Below are positions 23,062 through 35,754 of a stretch of 64,000 nucleotides of DNA, piece by piece. The stretch is from Takakia lepidozioides (lineage: Eukaryota > Plantae > Bryophyta), in contig CM060732.1 in the NCBI GenBank assembly GCA_030704615.1, forward strand, positions 66,278,001 through 66,342,000, read 5' to 3'. The notes under the pieces were generated by a model. That model did no database searches. It worked only from the letters and a program-made list of their open reading frames with translations, and had not been told where the DNA came from. Positions within the stretch are counted from its first letter, which is position 1, and every line of letters begins with the position of its first letter. A program made the position numbers and the translations under genes.

Positions 23062-25542
23062 CATGATAACAACTGCTTCTGAACGAGGGCAAAGAGAGGG
23101 AGTTCACAAAAACTCTTTTGGCTCTGGTGAGGATGTGAGGACACTATGCAAGGCAGGAAAACTGACAGAGGCACTGCACATTCTGAATCAAGGAGGCATT
23201 TTGGCAAACTCAAGTACTTATGTCTGTCTCTTACAGGAGTGCATCAAGATGAAAGGCCTAGCAGAGGGAAAGAAGGTGCACGCCCACATCTTGGAAAGTG
23301 GATTCAAGCCAAACATCTTCTTACAAAACACCCTCATCAACATGTATGCCAAGTGCGGGAGTGTTGTGGATGCACGCCTAGTGTTTGACAAAATGCCTGC
23401 ACGAAATATTTTTACATGGACTATAATGATGACAGGATATGCCAAGCATGGGTATGGTAGTGGGGCCTTTGAGATTTATGAGCGAATGAGACAGGAAGGG
23501 GTGATGATTGACCAAGTCACTTTTGTTTGGATTCTCAATGCGTGTGCCGGCCTGGCCGACCTGGAAAAGGGCAGAGATGTACACGCTCAGATCATCAAAG
23601 CTGGAATTGAATCAAGTATCATTCTGGACACTGCACTTGTGGCCATGTATGCCAAATGTGGGAGCATAAAAATGCAAGCCGAGTGTTTGACAACATGGCT
23701 CAAAGGAGTGTGGTCTCATGGAATGCGATGATTGCAGGATATGCCCAGCATGGGTGTGGTAGGGAGGCTCTAGAGATCTATGAGCGTATGGTACTGGAAA
23801 GGGTGACACCTGACAAGGTTACCTTCATCTGCATTCTCAATGCATGTGCTAGCATTGGAGCCCTAGACAAGGGCAAAGAGGTCCATGCTGACGTCATTGA
23901 GGCTGGGATTGTACCAGATATCATTCTGGAGAATACCCTTGTTGACATGTATGCCAAATGTGGGGACATAAAGGATGCGAGTCAAGTGTTCCACAGTATG
24001 TCTCAACGAGATGTGATCTCATGGTACACGATGATTGCCGGATATGCAAAACACAGGTGTGGTGGGGAGGCTTTGGAGAGCTTCAAGCAAATGGTACTGG
24101 AAGGGGTGAGGCCCAACAATGTTACGTACATTTCCGTTCTCAATGCATGTGGCAGCCTTGCAGCCCTGGAAAAGGGCCAAGAGGTGCACGCTGACTTCAT
24201 CAAAGCTGGAATTGTGCCAAATATCATTCTTTACACTGCACTTATTGCTATATATGCCAAATGCGGGAGTGTGAAGTATGCTAATCAAGTGTTTAATAGT
24301 ATGGGTGAACGAGATATTGTCTCGTGGAATGGGATGATTGCAGGATACGCTCAGCATGGGTGCGGTAGGGAGGCTTTGGAGACCTGTGAGCAAATGTTAC
24401 AGGAAGAAGTGATGCCCGACCAGGTCATGTTCATTTGCGTTCTGAATGCTTGTGCCAGCCTGGCAGCCCTAGACAAGGGCAAAGAGATCCAGATTGACAT
24501 CATCAAAGCTGGAATCGTGCCAAATGTCCTCCTGCAGAATGCCCTTGTGGACATGTTTGCCAGATGTGGGAATATAAAGGATGCGCGCCAAGTATTTGAG
24601 AATATGCCTCAACGAGATGTTGTCTCATGGAACGCAATGATCGCAGGGTATGCCCAGCATGGGTGTGATGAAGAGGCCCTTCAACTATTCAAACAAATGC
24701 AACAGGAAGGTTTTAAGCCGAATGGTATCACCTTTATATCTCTTCTTTCTGCTTGTAGCCATGTGGGCCTAGTGGATGAAGCCCGTCACTACTTTGATTC
24801 CATGAGTCGAGATCATGACCTCACTCCTACAGTCAAACATTTTGGCTGCATGGTTGACCTTCTTGGCCGTGCAGGGCAATTGGATGAGGCACATGATTTC
24901 ATCATAAAGATGCCAGTAAAGCCAAACACTGCAGTGTGGGGGGCCTTGCTTGGTGCCTGCAAAATTCATGGCAATGTGGAGGTGGCAGAGCATGCAGCAA
25001 CATGCCTTCTCAAGTGGGATGCTGAGGATGCTGCAACTTATGTGCTGCTATCAAACATCTATGCTGCAGCTGGCAGGTGAGAAGACACTGCAAAGGTGAG
25101 AAAGATGATGAATGTCAAAGGTATCAGACAGGAGCCTGGTCGCTCCTGCATTGAGGTCGACAATAGGATGCATACATTTGTGGTACACGATAAATTGCAT
25201 CCACAAATTGAGGAAATCCATGCCAAGCTAAGGAAATTGTCTGAGCAGATGAAGGCAGCTGGGTACGTGCCTGACACACACTATGTATTGTATGATGCGG
25301 AGGAGCAGCAGAAAGAATTTTCACTTTGCCACCACAGTGAGAAGCTGGCCATTGCCTTTGGGCTCATCAGCACACCCCCTGGGAGACCTCTTCGTCTTAT
25401 CAATATCCTTAGGGTGTGTGGCAACTGCCACACAGCCACCAAGTTCATCTCAAAGATTGTTGAGCGATCAATTGTTGTGCGGGATGCCAACCGCTTTCAT
25501 CACTTTCAAGATGGGGCTTGTTCTTGCAGGGATTACTGGTGA
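23062..25542 (+). pseudogene. PLS-E-DYW (DYW:PG type) PPR RNA-editing factor, disrupted
   Basis: PLS triplets, E domains, PG box (PGRSCIEV), HSEKLA, CGNCH and a terminal CSCRDYW. A 1-nt deletion in an A-run at ~23670 and TGA in place of the conserved Trp (GRW) at 25078-25080. Confidence 0.9.
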
Positions 25543-27346
25543 AACGAGCAACATTCATGAAAGAGTCTGTTGTTTAGTGGTTATGTAAAGAGTGAAGTGG
25601 AAACTGTGGCCTCACAAGATTGAAAAAGACGCTGCAATGTGCAACCTAGCCGAGCCTAGTTCTGAGGTGCAAAGATCTATCCATATTTTTTGATGCCGGA
25701 TCGAGGCATGGATGGAGTTGGACCAGATAAACTCAAGAGACCATGGATGAATAGCTGTACAAGAAACCTGAGTGGGTGGATGGTCATTTGGAGAAGCTGG
25801 ATGCAGCTAGGGGTCAGTATCATGAAATGCCAGAGATGGAGCTTTCTTCACACTGCATTCGTGCAGGCACTTTGGCACGCAGGGCTCTTTCCACAGGCTT
25901 TTTACTGCTAGGGCTCATGAAGATTGTTTTATGCCACCGGTATCATCATTGTTCCAGGCTCAGTATTTTCTCTTTCTTCACTGTGGTCAGCATTGCACAG
26001 CCCAAGTCGTGCCACCCTACCCTCCCTAGAACCTCTCTCGCCATCGATCCTACAACCCCAACAACAAAGTAAGTATTGGTAATTGTTATTGTTAGTAATT
26101 GTTATTTCAGTACTTATGTTTTCTCTCTTGGTAAGTTTTCCAAGTTTTGTGAGGAAGTTAATCCTTGTAATTGGAAAGTCTGTCCATATCAGTGTTGGGT
26201 TCAAAACTTCATATCCAGTTTTACGTAGGCATGCTGGACTACCTGTCTACATCCAATGGTTCCCTTCTCTCTGGCTCGTGTCCGGCTCTCTCCACCTCTA
26301 TCTCTTCCTCCCTAGCTTCGTACTCCATCGTCAAGAATTGGAGTGGGTTTAGAGTTTAGACTCACAAGGATGGACACAGCTCACGAAGGATGGTGCAACT
26401 GAGAATTGAGAGGAGATCATGGCAAGGGGACGGATTTGAATTAAAAAGGTGACGACAGGGGAGGATGGAGATGGTGTGGAGATGGTCACTGCCTACTGCC
26501 ATGTGGGAGCTGTGAGGTTGCAAGGTTAGTGATATAGTGCATAGTCACTACATATCACTATGAGATACGTTATCTTATGATGAGCTTATTGCCACAACCT
26601 TAGCTGGTCGGAGTCCCAAAAAATGAGGCCATGCAAAGGTATGAGACTGGTGAGGACAGCAGGGATGAGAGCACGGCAAGCAGACGGATTTGGTTTTGAA
26701 AACAGGTGACGACGGGGTGATGATGGAGATGGGGGATCGCAGACGTAGCACTACTGTGAACACTGTCTACTGCCCTGTCTGATGAGTGTGGAAGTGACTC
26801 ACTGATTACGACGTACGTAGAGATCACAAATGTACTAGCAACAGGACTCCCAATAGATTTACAGAGATTGACGCCTGTGTTTGGAGTAAGCTTATACAGG
26901 CATGATGAAACTGGTTAGTTAGGCACTATTACACGTGAGTCAGTGAAGGATGAGATCAGATCTGAAGAACCAGCTAGTGACTGATGTACTAATCAATCAC
27001 CAAATGGTAGGATATGAATGTAGGCAGAATAGAGTGTGCAATCAGAAGCCGTAATAGAGACAGAGGTCTATGCCATGGTATTGTTGACTGAACAGGGTGT
27101 CGACCAGAAGGTTGATAAGGTATTCCAGGATGACGCGCGGCACACAAAATTACACAACATGGAGTTCACCTGTGCAGCTCAGATAAATCACATATACAAA
27201 GTTGTAAATGAGATCAGTGGTGGTGTGCTGATGATATTTCCTCTTCCGCTGCAGTATTATTAGCATGCTGTGATCTAACTGGTGAAAGAGGGATGCGCAC
27301 AGGTCCAATTTCACCTACATTTCTTTGTAGATTGTTCCAAAGTTTA

Positions 27347-28476
27347 TCAGTCTCCAATGGGCCAAATTTCAAAGATCATCAAGAAGCGGATGGAAGGTTG
27401 GTACACCATCGAGATTGAGGAGAGTCTCATGAAGTGCTTTCTAGAATTTGTGTCCTGCCCTGCCAGCATGATTGTGTGAAGCCCCTGCAGCACTTGTTGC
27501 ATCGATGGCCGGTCCTGACCTCGCTCCGCCAAGCACTGTGCTGCCAGCTGTGCCACACGCCCTACAGATTGCATAGCTTCGAAGTCCCCAAATCTTACCT
27601 TCCCTGAGGACATCATGTACTCCAAACCTTCCACTAAATGGAGGTCAACAATAGCGTCTAGCTGCCCCTTCTCTATGTAGGGGATCGCCCAGGATACCAG
27701 TGCAAAAACCTCGCCATGTACACCATGTAGTGGTTTTCGAGAGGTGATCAACTCCAGCAACACCACCCCAAAGGAGTATATATCACTCTCCATCATTAGT
27801 TGACCAGTGCGAACGCACTCCGGGTCGATGTAGCCTACTGTCAAAGGTGTTTCGATGTCGCCTAGTGACAAAGGTGTTGAAACGATGTGTGGTATCTCTT
27901 GATACAATGAAAAACACCCAATTTTTGCAGTGAGTTTTTCATCCAATAGGATGCTATGAGTTGTCACATACCTGTGGCAGATGCCGTGAGAGGTATGTAG
28001 GTATGCCAAGCCCTCTGCAATCTCAGTTGCAATTCGCAAGCGCTGGCTCCAAACCAATTTTAGCCTTTCAGACCCCTTTCCATGCCAGTGGCCAAAGAGG
28101 CTACCCTGTGGCATGAACTCATAGACAAGAATTGGGACCTCGCCCTGTAGGCAGCATCCAAGGAGCTTCAACACATTCCGATGGTTGAAATTTTCGAGTT
28201 TCAGCACACCTTCATATTGCTGCAAAGACTTTCTGCTAAGGTCGTCATCATCCAGTTTCGTTACAGCCACATCCATCCCATTTTCTAGAGTACCTTTGTA
28301 TACTGTACCCAAAGAGCCCATGCCAAGTATGCGACCACCTGCAAACCTCTCGGTTGCCCTTTCCATCTCACGGATGGAAAACATGTTCTCTGTACTGGCT
28401 GCTACCTCAATCATTGGTTGATGGAATATTTTATCCATCTTTCGTCTTTGTAGCCATCGGACTGGAAGTTGAAGCC
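27347..28476 (-). CDS. RLK/Pelle-type pseudokinase domain, probably the last exon(s) of a tandem kinase gene
   Basis: FSIREMERAT, LGMGSLGTVYKG, GYIDPE and SDIYSFGVVLLELIT are present. The catalytic motifs are altered: VAVTK, HRY instead of HRD, CFS instead of DFG. Confidence 0.8.
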
Positions 28477-29069
28477 CTGCAAGTTTCACAGCCAACATTC
28501 TTAACGCATCAGCTATTGGTAGCATTCAAAGTATACTAAAGACTTGAATCCCAAGTTGAATTCTGAACTTGTTGCTGGTGCTGAGATTTTGTCGGTCTCT
28601 AAACAGTGTCGGACAAGACCAGAAGACTAGCAGATAAAGGAAGTTCTATATCCTCGGTAGCTGGGAGTATTGACACAACCGAAATAAGCCCATTACCTTT
28701 GCGAAAGAGTTTCGAGTCCAGTTGGCGTGTCTTCTCACCTCTTGATTGGTTGTTGCCGTCTGGTCTGCATGTGAAAAAACAAAGGCACGGGTAATCAGAG
28801 ATTCCTATGTAACAGAGAAAGTGGGAGCCTCTATGTACCCTGTGAGCTAGCACACTCTGGACAAGTCCCACTGAAAGCCCCAGAAGAACCAGTCATGCAG
28901 ACACAACATCCAATTACTTTTGCAGCTTATTACCAGCAGTAAACAAAGAGAAATGTACCTTAAATTCCAGCTAAAGTTGGGTAGCATACATTGGTAGAGA
29001 ATGAGCAAAATTTAGAAACACTTTAGTCCCAGCAAGCACACAATCAGTAAGTGATGTTGTCCAAGGTAC

Positions 29070-30592
29070 CTGGATGCATCCATCCACTGCATCACTCCGT
29101 CATGGGTCTTGTATGCAAACACGAATGGCTCAATCCAACTATCAGTCATTCCCAAGACTCGGCCTTTTGCATGCCTGAGCATTTTGCAATATCTGAAAAG
29201 CTTGGTCGGGACTGGGGTTGGATCTTCCAGCAGCTAGAAATGCAAAATCTCAAGTATGGTGGACAATAAGCTGGTAATTCTGGTCTTTCCCCGTGGACTG
29301 TGATTCTCTCCTGGATTTTCTGATTCTCCACATTTTCAAAGGGTGCTTTTCCTGTAAGGATCTCAAAGCATGTCATTGCAAAACTCCACACGTCAGCCTG
29401 CAGTGGGTATGATCGTCTACTAGAATTGGGCTCTTCCTCGTACCTGTCGTCTGATACTCCAAAAAGCTCCGGTGCTCTCCATTTCGTCGTACCAACCTTC
29501 CAAGTCTGATCCAGATTCGATGTGGAGCTCTTGAGATTTGTCTTGGCTGTACCAAAATCTGCTAGCTTCACATCCACATAGCCCTCAGTGGACTGTTCGG
29601 CAAGAGAGCTGGGCTTATACAGAATGTTACTGCACTTGAGGTCCCGGTGTGCCACCCCTTTGCTATGCAAGTATCGCATCCCCTTTGCCACTTGAAGCAT
29701 AATGTCGATCGCTACAAGCAGTGTGAATGGACTATCTGCCTTGCTTTTCTGCAATCTCTTCATCAGGGTCGAAAGGTCCCCGGTCGTTAGCTGCATAACA
29801 AGATTGGAGTTGTCATCCGTGTCCCAATAACACAACAATCGCACAATATGCGGGTGTTGAAGTCCTACCAGTATGGATGCCTCTTTCTGAAATACACTGT
29901 AAGCAAGCACTTTCAAAGCGCATCTTTTTTCCATCCATGTAACCTCCAGGACTGTTCCGTATCCACCCTGGCCCAGAACCCCATGATATGTATAATTGTG
30001 CAGTGATTCGTCTTCCTGCAGTTTTTCTATCCACGAAGAATAAGGAAGAGTCAATCTTTGATATAAATAGCCTGCAAGATAACAATCTTGGTCAAGTCCC
30101 CCTATACTAGTACTTGGTCTACTGACAGGCTCCAGTTTGGCAAGTAGCATCTTCTCATCCTCCAGGATCATCTTATGGAGATCATCTTTTGGCGTTGTTC
30201 GCTGAGTTTCATAATAATTCTCCCCTGCAGACTGTAAAAATGGAAAATCTTGGAGTCCCTCTTCTATCTGATGTGATGCTTTACCTTCCAGGCTGGTCTT
30301 CCGCATTGAAAAGGACACCAGATCAGTCCACCATTGTAGCTCGAATAGAAGCTCACCAAAGTCCTCTTTGGATTGTGCAATTGTAATTGCCACTAGGAGC
30401 CACTGCACACTGCAGCACTTTTCCACAAGAATCTCAGCCCTCTTCACCACATATTCAAGTTGTTTAAAAGCTGGCTGACATTGCTTCATGACTGTACTCT
30501 CCGATGTCTACAAGATTCTATTGCAAGGACCCATTCATAAGTCGTACTTTATCCATAGTTGCTAGGATAAACTGGAAGGAGTCTGCAGCCAT
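29070..30592 (-). CDS. N-terminal helical (4HB/HeLo-like) domain plus Raf/MLK-like Ser/Thr kinase; possibly pseudogenised
   Basis: Kinase motifs LGQGGYG, CALK, HRDLKCSN, DFG, WRAPE and DVWSFAM are intact. Helical N-terminus LEYVVKRAEILVEKC..WLLVAI..ELQWW. Lesions between ATG 30592 and ATG 30489, and a 1-nt A-run frameshift at ~29183. Confidence 0.8.
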
Positions 30593-31541
30593 GGTGTAGG
30601 AGTGGTGTATATACCACCAAGTGCACTAACGGAAGGTCCACCATAGAAGATTGCTCAAGTAAGAGCTGGGAATCCGAGACCAATTATTTGTACCATTGAT
30701 ACCCAGAGGGCTCACCAAGATCAATTATCACAGTTTTTGGAGAAGAGGCACGCGCAGCACTATGGTTGATTGAAATTCAACATATGACCCCTCCACATAT
30801 GACAAATTATACTAATCTGGATTGCAACCGAGAAAGAGTATGGAGTGCCAATGTTCAACCATCTGAATCAGGTGCTCTTCACTTGATTCCACATCTCTGT
30901 TAGAACTGCAAGACAAAATAGACAGACAGGAACAGATGGAAAACATATAATCAACCCATTGCAACTGGACCAGTTGTGATTGAGGAGAAACAACAGTCAT
31001 CTCAACTTCAGGCTCTAGATGGCTGCGAAAATCCTGTCTTCAATGGGGAACAAAGACAAGACATTTCATCCAGCAATCTCTGACTAATTTCAGGTGACTT
31101 CAGAGCTGCGCAAGAAAAAGACACAAACAGTGCACAATGGAGAACATAAACCCTGGAACATTCTCCCCAAAAAATGCCATGGAGGCTGGAGCACCTGACA
31201 GTACTAAGAGCCACGGGCTTTATTATGGTCCTGATTAAAAATCATTGGCAACTATCGATTGCACCTCCCCCTCACCTCCCTCAGCTTGCTTGACCTGCCA
31301 CGTCTAAACACTCCCTGGGCTGGCCCGGCCAAACTACTGAAGATACAAAATAGAGATGAACCCCTCACCGCCAGGTGGGCGAGCAAGCCGTGCTGTTGCA
31401 CTGAACTCCTGTGCTCACTCTTGTCTGCGCAGCACGCACGATTCGCCATTAATCTTTGAGAAGAGCATCCAGATATACACAAGATTTCAGAAGAGCATCC
31501 AGTCGTTGCAGGGATGGTCAACGCCGCGTTCCAACAAGGAA

Positions 31542-32165
31542 CATGGTATTACCTTTGTGAAGGTACTCTGTAAATCTTTCTAAACCCACGTGTTTCCGCT
31601 CGTGTAGAATGAGATCGTCGTCTGTCGTTCGCACCATCTTTGTTTCTTCAGAGCAGAGAGGGGCTGCGAGGTCAGTAGAGCTCATCGCTGGTGAGGGGCG
31701 TACGAAGCCCACAATTCTCAAAGATTTCGTGGCGCTGGCTCGACTTAGCACTCTGGATTTTCAACTGCGGACTCGTAGACACTCAGATCGACAATGGAAG
31801 GAAAAAATGGAGAAGGAAAGCCCATCGCCAAGTTGCGGGCCGTTTCTCACAACGGTATGCACATCCGAGAGTGAAATAGAAAGAGGGAGAAATAGAGGAA
31901 AAGAAATTCATCACAGCAAAACAAGCAGCAATCGCCATACGACAAAGTTTTCCGTCCCTTTCGAGCCGCCGCACCCAAAATCCTAGCAGTGAATGGGAGG
32001 GGAGCCTCACATCATGCCGCAGATTAGCTCGCCATCTGTTGGAGCTGAAATCTCCATCCAATTTGCCGGGACCAAGACCCTTGGCAACGATGACTTCAAC
32101 GCTTCCCCAGCCTCCGGGGGTACCGGAGCAAGGTGTGGACATGAAAATCCTGCGCACTTATCCTG
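31542..32165 (+). repeat. Second copy of segment 22270-22890
   Basis: Colinear alignment. Confidence 0.9.
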
Positions 32166-32736
32166 GCTTCATATTGATCTTGACCCATCTTTAGCAGAAA
32201 CTACAACCATCTTGAACTGAAATATTTTTCCGTTGTCATACGCGAATGTAACCGGCCCGCTTGTCCTACCTTCCCAGTTGTTCTGCTGAAAGATCTTAGT
32301 TATTTGTTATGTTTTGTCTTCGACCATTCGCTTTGTTAGAGAGTGAAACTTTGTTAGATAGTGAGAGAGGTGTTTGTATCCAGCCCCGAATCTCGAGCTG
32401 TAGACATTTTGCGATCAGTCCATGTAGAAGGCTAGTTGCTACAGATGTGACACAGATTGTTGTACGTAGTCCTCTTGGAGCGGCGGATGCCACTCATATT
32501 CAGGGGTTGACAAAGGGCGGGCAAATTCACTCATTAACAGTTCATTCAGCATTAGCTATGCACAGCCAGTTACAGGGATCTGAGTGTTAATGCAAGGGGC
32601 CGGTTTAAATATTGTGCTAGAAATCATTCTGCTGGCTCCGGCACTGTTGCTTCAGCCCAATCCAACACAGGTGTCACATGAGTCATAAACTGTTTGAGAA
32701 TGTACTCCTAAGACTTTGTTTGTGGTAAGTGCGTTG

Positions 32737-33215
32737 AGAGAGAGAGAATGTACTCATAAGACGTCGTTTGCCGCAGCCTTGTGGCCATTGACCCCGCGCC
32801 CAGTTTGAGTGGAACACTAAACAGAAACTACCTTTGTCAGGGGCTGACGCCGGTAGTATGACTTACCTTGAAATAGACAACTTATCCGAGTTTTCCAGAT
32901 ATCCTCTAGAAATCCCTTATGCAAGCATCAATCTGATGTGTGTGATTTGCCCAATAACTAGACCCCCAAAAAGGCCTGGCTCAACCTCAAGATTTTCAAA
33001 CTTGAAACAGAGGTTCCCTTGATGGATTTGAAGAGGGTGTCTCTCTGGTGAGAGTACCCAGGACAATGAATCAGAAAGTGGATATTGTCTTCATGTTGCC
33101 CTCACAACGGGCATTTGCAATCCCCCTTTCCTCTCTGCGTCTGTCTGCTGTTCAAAGTAGGGTTCCCACGCCGAGTTTAAATTTCAGTCTAGTGCCGAGA
33201 GTGGGTGAACCCTTG
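32737..33215 (-). mobile_element. 3' fragment of the same LINE family with a (TC)n tail
   Basis: Aligns to 12186-12660; gagagagagaatgtactcataagacg terminus. Confidence 0.85.
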
Positions 33216-33231
33216 AAAGAGAGGGAAAGAT

Positions 33232-34245
33232 AGATTGTACTCATAAGACGTTGTTTGCCGTAGCCTTGTGGCCATTGACCCCGTGCCCAGTTTGAGCAGG
33301 AACAAAAGGGACAGAACCTACCTCTGTCAGGGGCTGACGTTGGTAGTAAGACTTACCTTCACATATAGAATTAATCCGGGTTTTCCAGATATCCTCTAGA
33401 AATCCCTTCACACGAGAATCAATCTGCTGTGTGTGATTTGGATTCTAAAGACTTAGCCTGGTTGGAGTTATCAACCCATATTGCAGATCCGTACTCCAAG
33501 GCAGGTCTAATAACGCCACAAAGCATGGTTTTCTTAACCTCACAGTTGACCCCTCTGCAGTGGAAAAATTTAGTGAGCCCCAGAGCTTTGCCCTTGCCAG
33601 TTTGAACAACTTTCCGGATATGTGCATCCCAATTACAATTGGAGGAAAACTCAACGCCCAGGTAAGTGTAGGAAGGGAGGACCGGGATCTCTTGGCTACC
33701 CCACTGCCACTTAAGATCACTTCCTCCCTCTCCTCTGTCGTTGAATGCTACCACTGCACATTTGCTGACATTAGCCTCTAGCCCCCAAAGATCAAAGTAT
33801 CTCTTCGTGCAATCAATCAACTCCTGGAGATTCCCCTATGCCTGCGAAGTCATCCGCAAACATAAGGGCTGGTATGGTGGTATCACCCACCCTGAACCCA
33901 AATCCCTCACTTTCCACATCCTCGAGGAGTTGATTGATGAAAACATTGAAGAGCAGAGGGGAGAGAGTACATCCTTGAGCTACACCTTGGTCTATGTCAA
34001 AGAAGTTGGACTTCTGTCCGTTAACAGTGACACAGCTTTTGGCGTGAGCATACAAGTTGTGGCCAACTCTCCACATCTTTCCCTTGATTCCACAAGACCA
34101 GAGGCGGAACCATAGGCCATCTCTCCACACTGTGTCATAAGCCTTTTTGACATCCAGGAAAAAAACATAAGTGGGTTTCCCTTCTTTTTTCCTTCCCTGG
34201 ATAATCTGGCTTAGAGTGAAGATATGATCCACACAGCCCCTGTTT
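33232..34245 (-). mobile_element. LINE copy retaining the RT core, with the 3' end fused by internal deletion
   Basis: FLDVKKAYDTV, QGCTLSPLLF, LMFADD and YTYLGV. The junction at ~33440 joins the 3' end to the mid-ORF. Confidence 0.9.
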
Positions 34246-34414
34246 AGATGAGAAAGGCAATTGGAAGCTTGCAAATTCCTCATAATCTTGTAGTTCTTGC
34301 AGGCAGTTAGCAAATGAGGACTTCGACAGGCTTTTTTCTCAGATACTTCGCAGTGGTGGCACGGCAGGTTGGCTAAGGTGAGCTATCTACATTGAGGAGA
34401 AAGATTTTGTCATG

Positions 34415-34786
34415 GCTTGTGACTGAAGCTGACATGCTGATGTGCATGGAAGTCCTTAAGTTAATGACAGTTCTGCTCTTCATCACAACAAAGTAGCAGT
34501 GAAAGTGCTCATGAGCTTTGCTAGCAGTGGGTGTTTGACGGTAGGTTAAACAAGGTTGATCTCTGTTATTCTGGTCGTTGTACCCTGGTCTATGAAGGGG
34601 GCTTGTGACTGAAGCTGATGTGCTGATGTGCATGGAAGTCCTTAAGCTAATGACAATTTTGCACTTCATCACAACAAAGTAGCAGTGAAGTGCTCATGAG
34701 TTTTGCTATCAGTGGGTGGTTTGACGGTAGGTTAATCGAGGTTAATCTCTGTTAGTCTGGTCGTTGGAGCCTGGTCTATGAAGGGC
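34415..34786 (+). repeat. Tandem duplication of a ~186-bp unit (third degenerate copy ~35163-35260)
   Basis: gcttgtgactgaagctga..ctggtctatgaaggg occurs twice in tandem. Confidence 0.85.
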
Positions 34787-35754
34787 TGCGAAATTTTAAG
34801 GCTGCTAAGCTGCCCATGTCAATCCAAGGTACCTTATTTGTGTGCTTATATCTGAAGTCTGGTGATCTTGGACATTTCTACAAAAGGTTTGGTGGACATA
34901 ACGGACTCATTCACCTGCATCATTCCAGTACTTTTGTAACCCTTGTGTGCACAAGGAAAAAAAAGAGGCAAGAGTAACTCGGAGAAAGCTATCAAAAGTT
35001 ACACTAGCACTCATGAATAGACACTGAGGCAATTGCAGGTCAAGCCATGAGCCAAAAACAACTAGGGCAGGAATTTTTCTCAGACCCTACACAATGGTCG
35101 GACAACAGGCTCGATAAGGTGAGGTTATCGTCATTCAGGATGTGAAAGAGTTTGTTCAGTATGCTTGTGAGTGAAGCTGGCATGACGATGCTTCATGGAC
35201 TGGACTCTTATCTCCAGTCCCCTAAGTTAATGACAATTGTGCTACTTGCAACACAAAAAACGTTGAAAGGTCCTCATTGAATTGTTGGTTCAAGGTACTT
35301 CGGTGAAAGCCAGATGGTGGTTGAAGTTTCCGGGTAGCTGCCCACTGCTGTTTTGTGCAGAGCATTCCAAGATCACTGGACTTCAGACCTAAGGGCACAA
35401 ATGAGGGCCTTCAGATTGAGGGTTTGTTAAACCCTCCTTGGATGAAAGCAGAGCTAGCTGCCATGATACAAGGTCTAGCGCAATATGCTCATTGTGTCAA
35501 TGCCAATGTACACCATGGAGCTCCAGGCCGAGAATACCACTGGTATTGTTTTGAGTGCAGTCGAAACACAAACAGATAGAATTGGTGTGGTTTATTCTCA
35601 AATGATTGACTGCAGTTATTCGTATATCCATGTTAATGTGTGGCAAGAGCCTGTCCTCAAGTAGAAATGTACTTTGGACTAGTGAGAAGCTTTGAGGTAT
35701 ATTATGTGAGTTTAACTTCAGAGGTTTGTAATTTGAATTGTCCCACCATGCAGG

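Noticed and set aside
25070-25160. The premature TGA sits in a donor-like CAG|GTGAGA, so splicing might bypass it
   Set aside because: The nearby AG sites I checked are out of phase or would give an implausibly short intron. TGG>TGA is also not repairable by C/U editing.
25096-25542. Stand-alone DYW1-like gene
   Set aside because: It is the in-frame continuation of the PPR gene after one nonsense codon and has no targeting peptide of its own.
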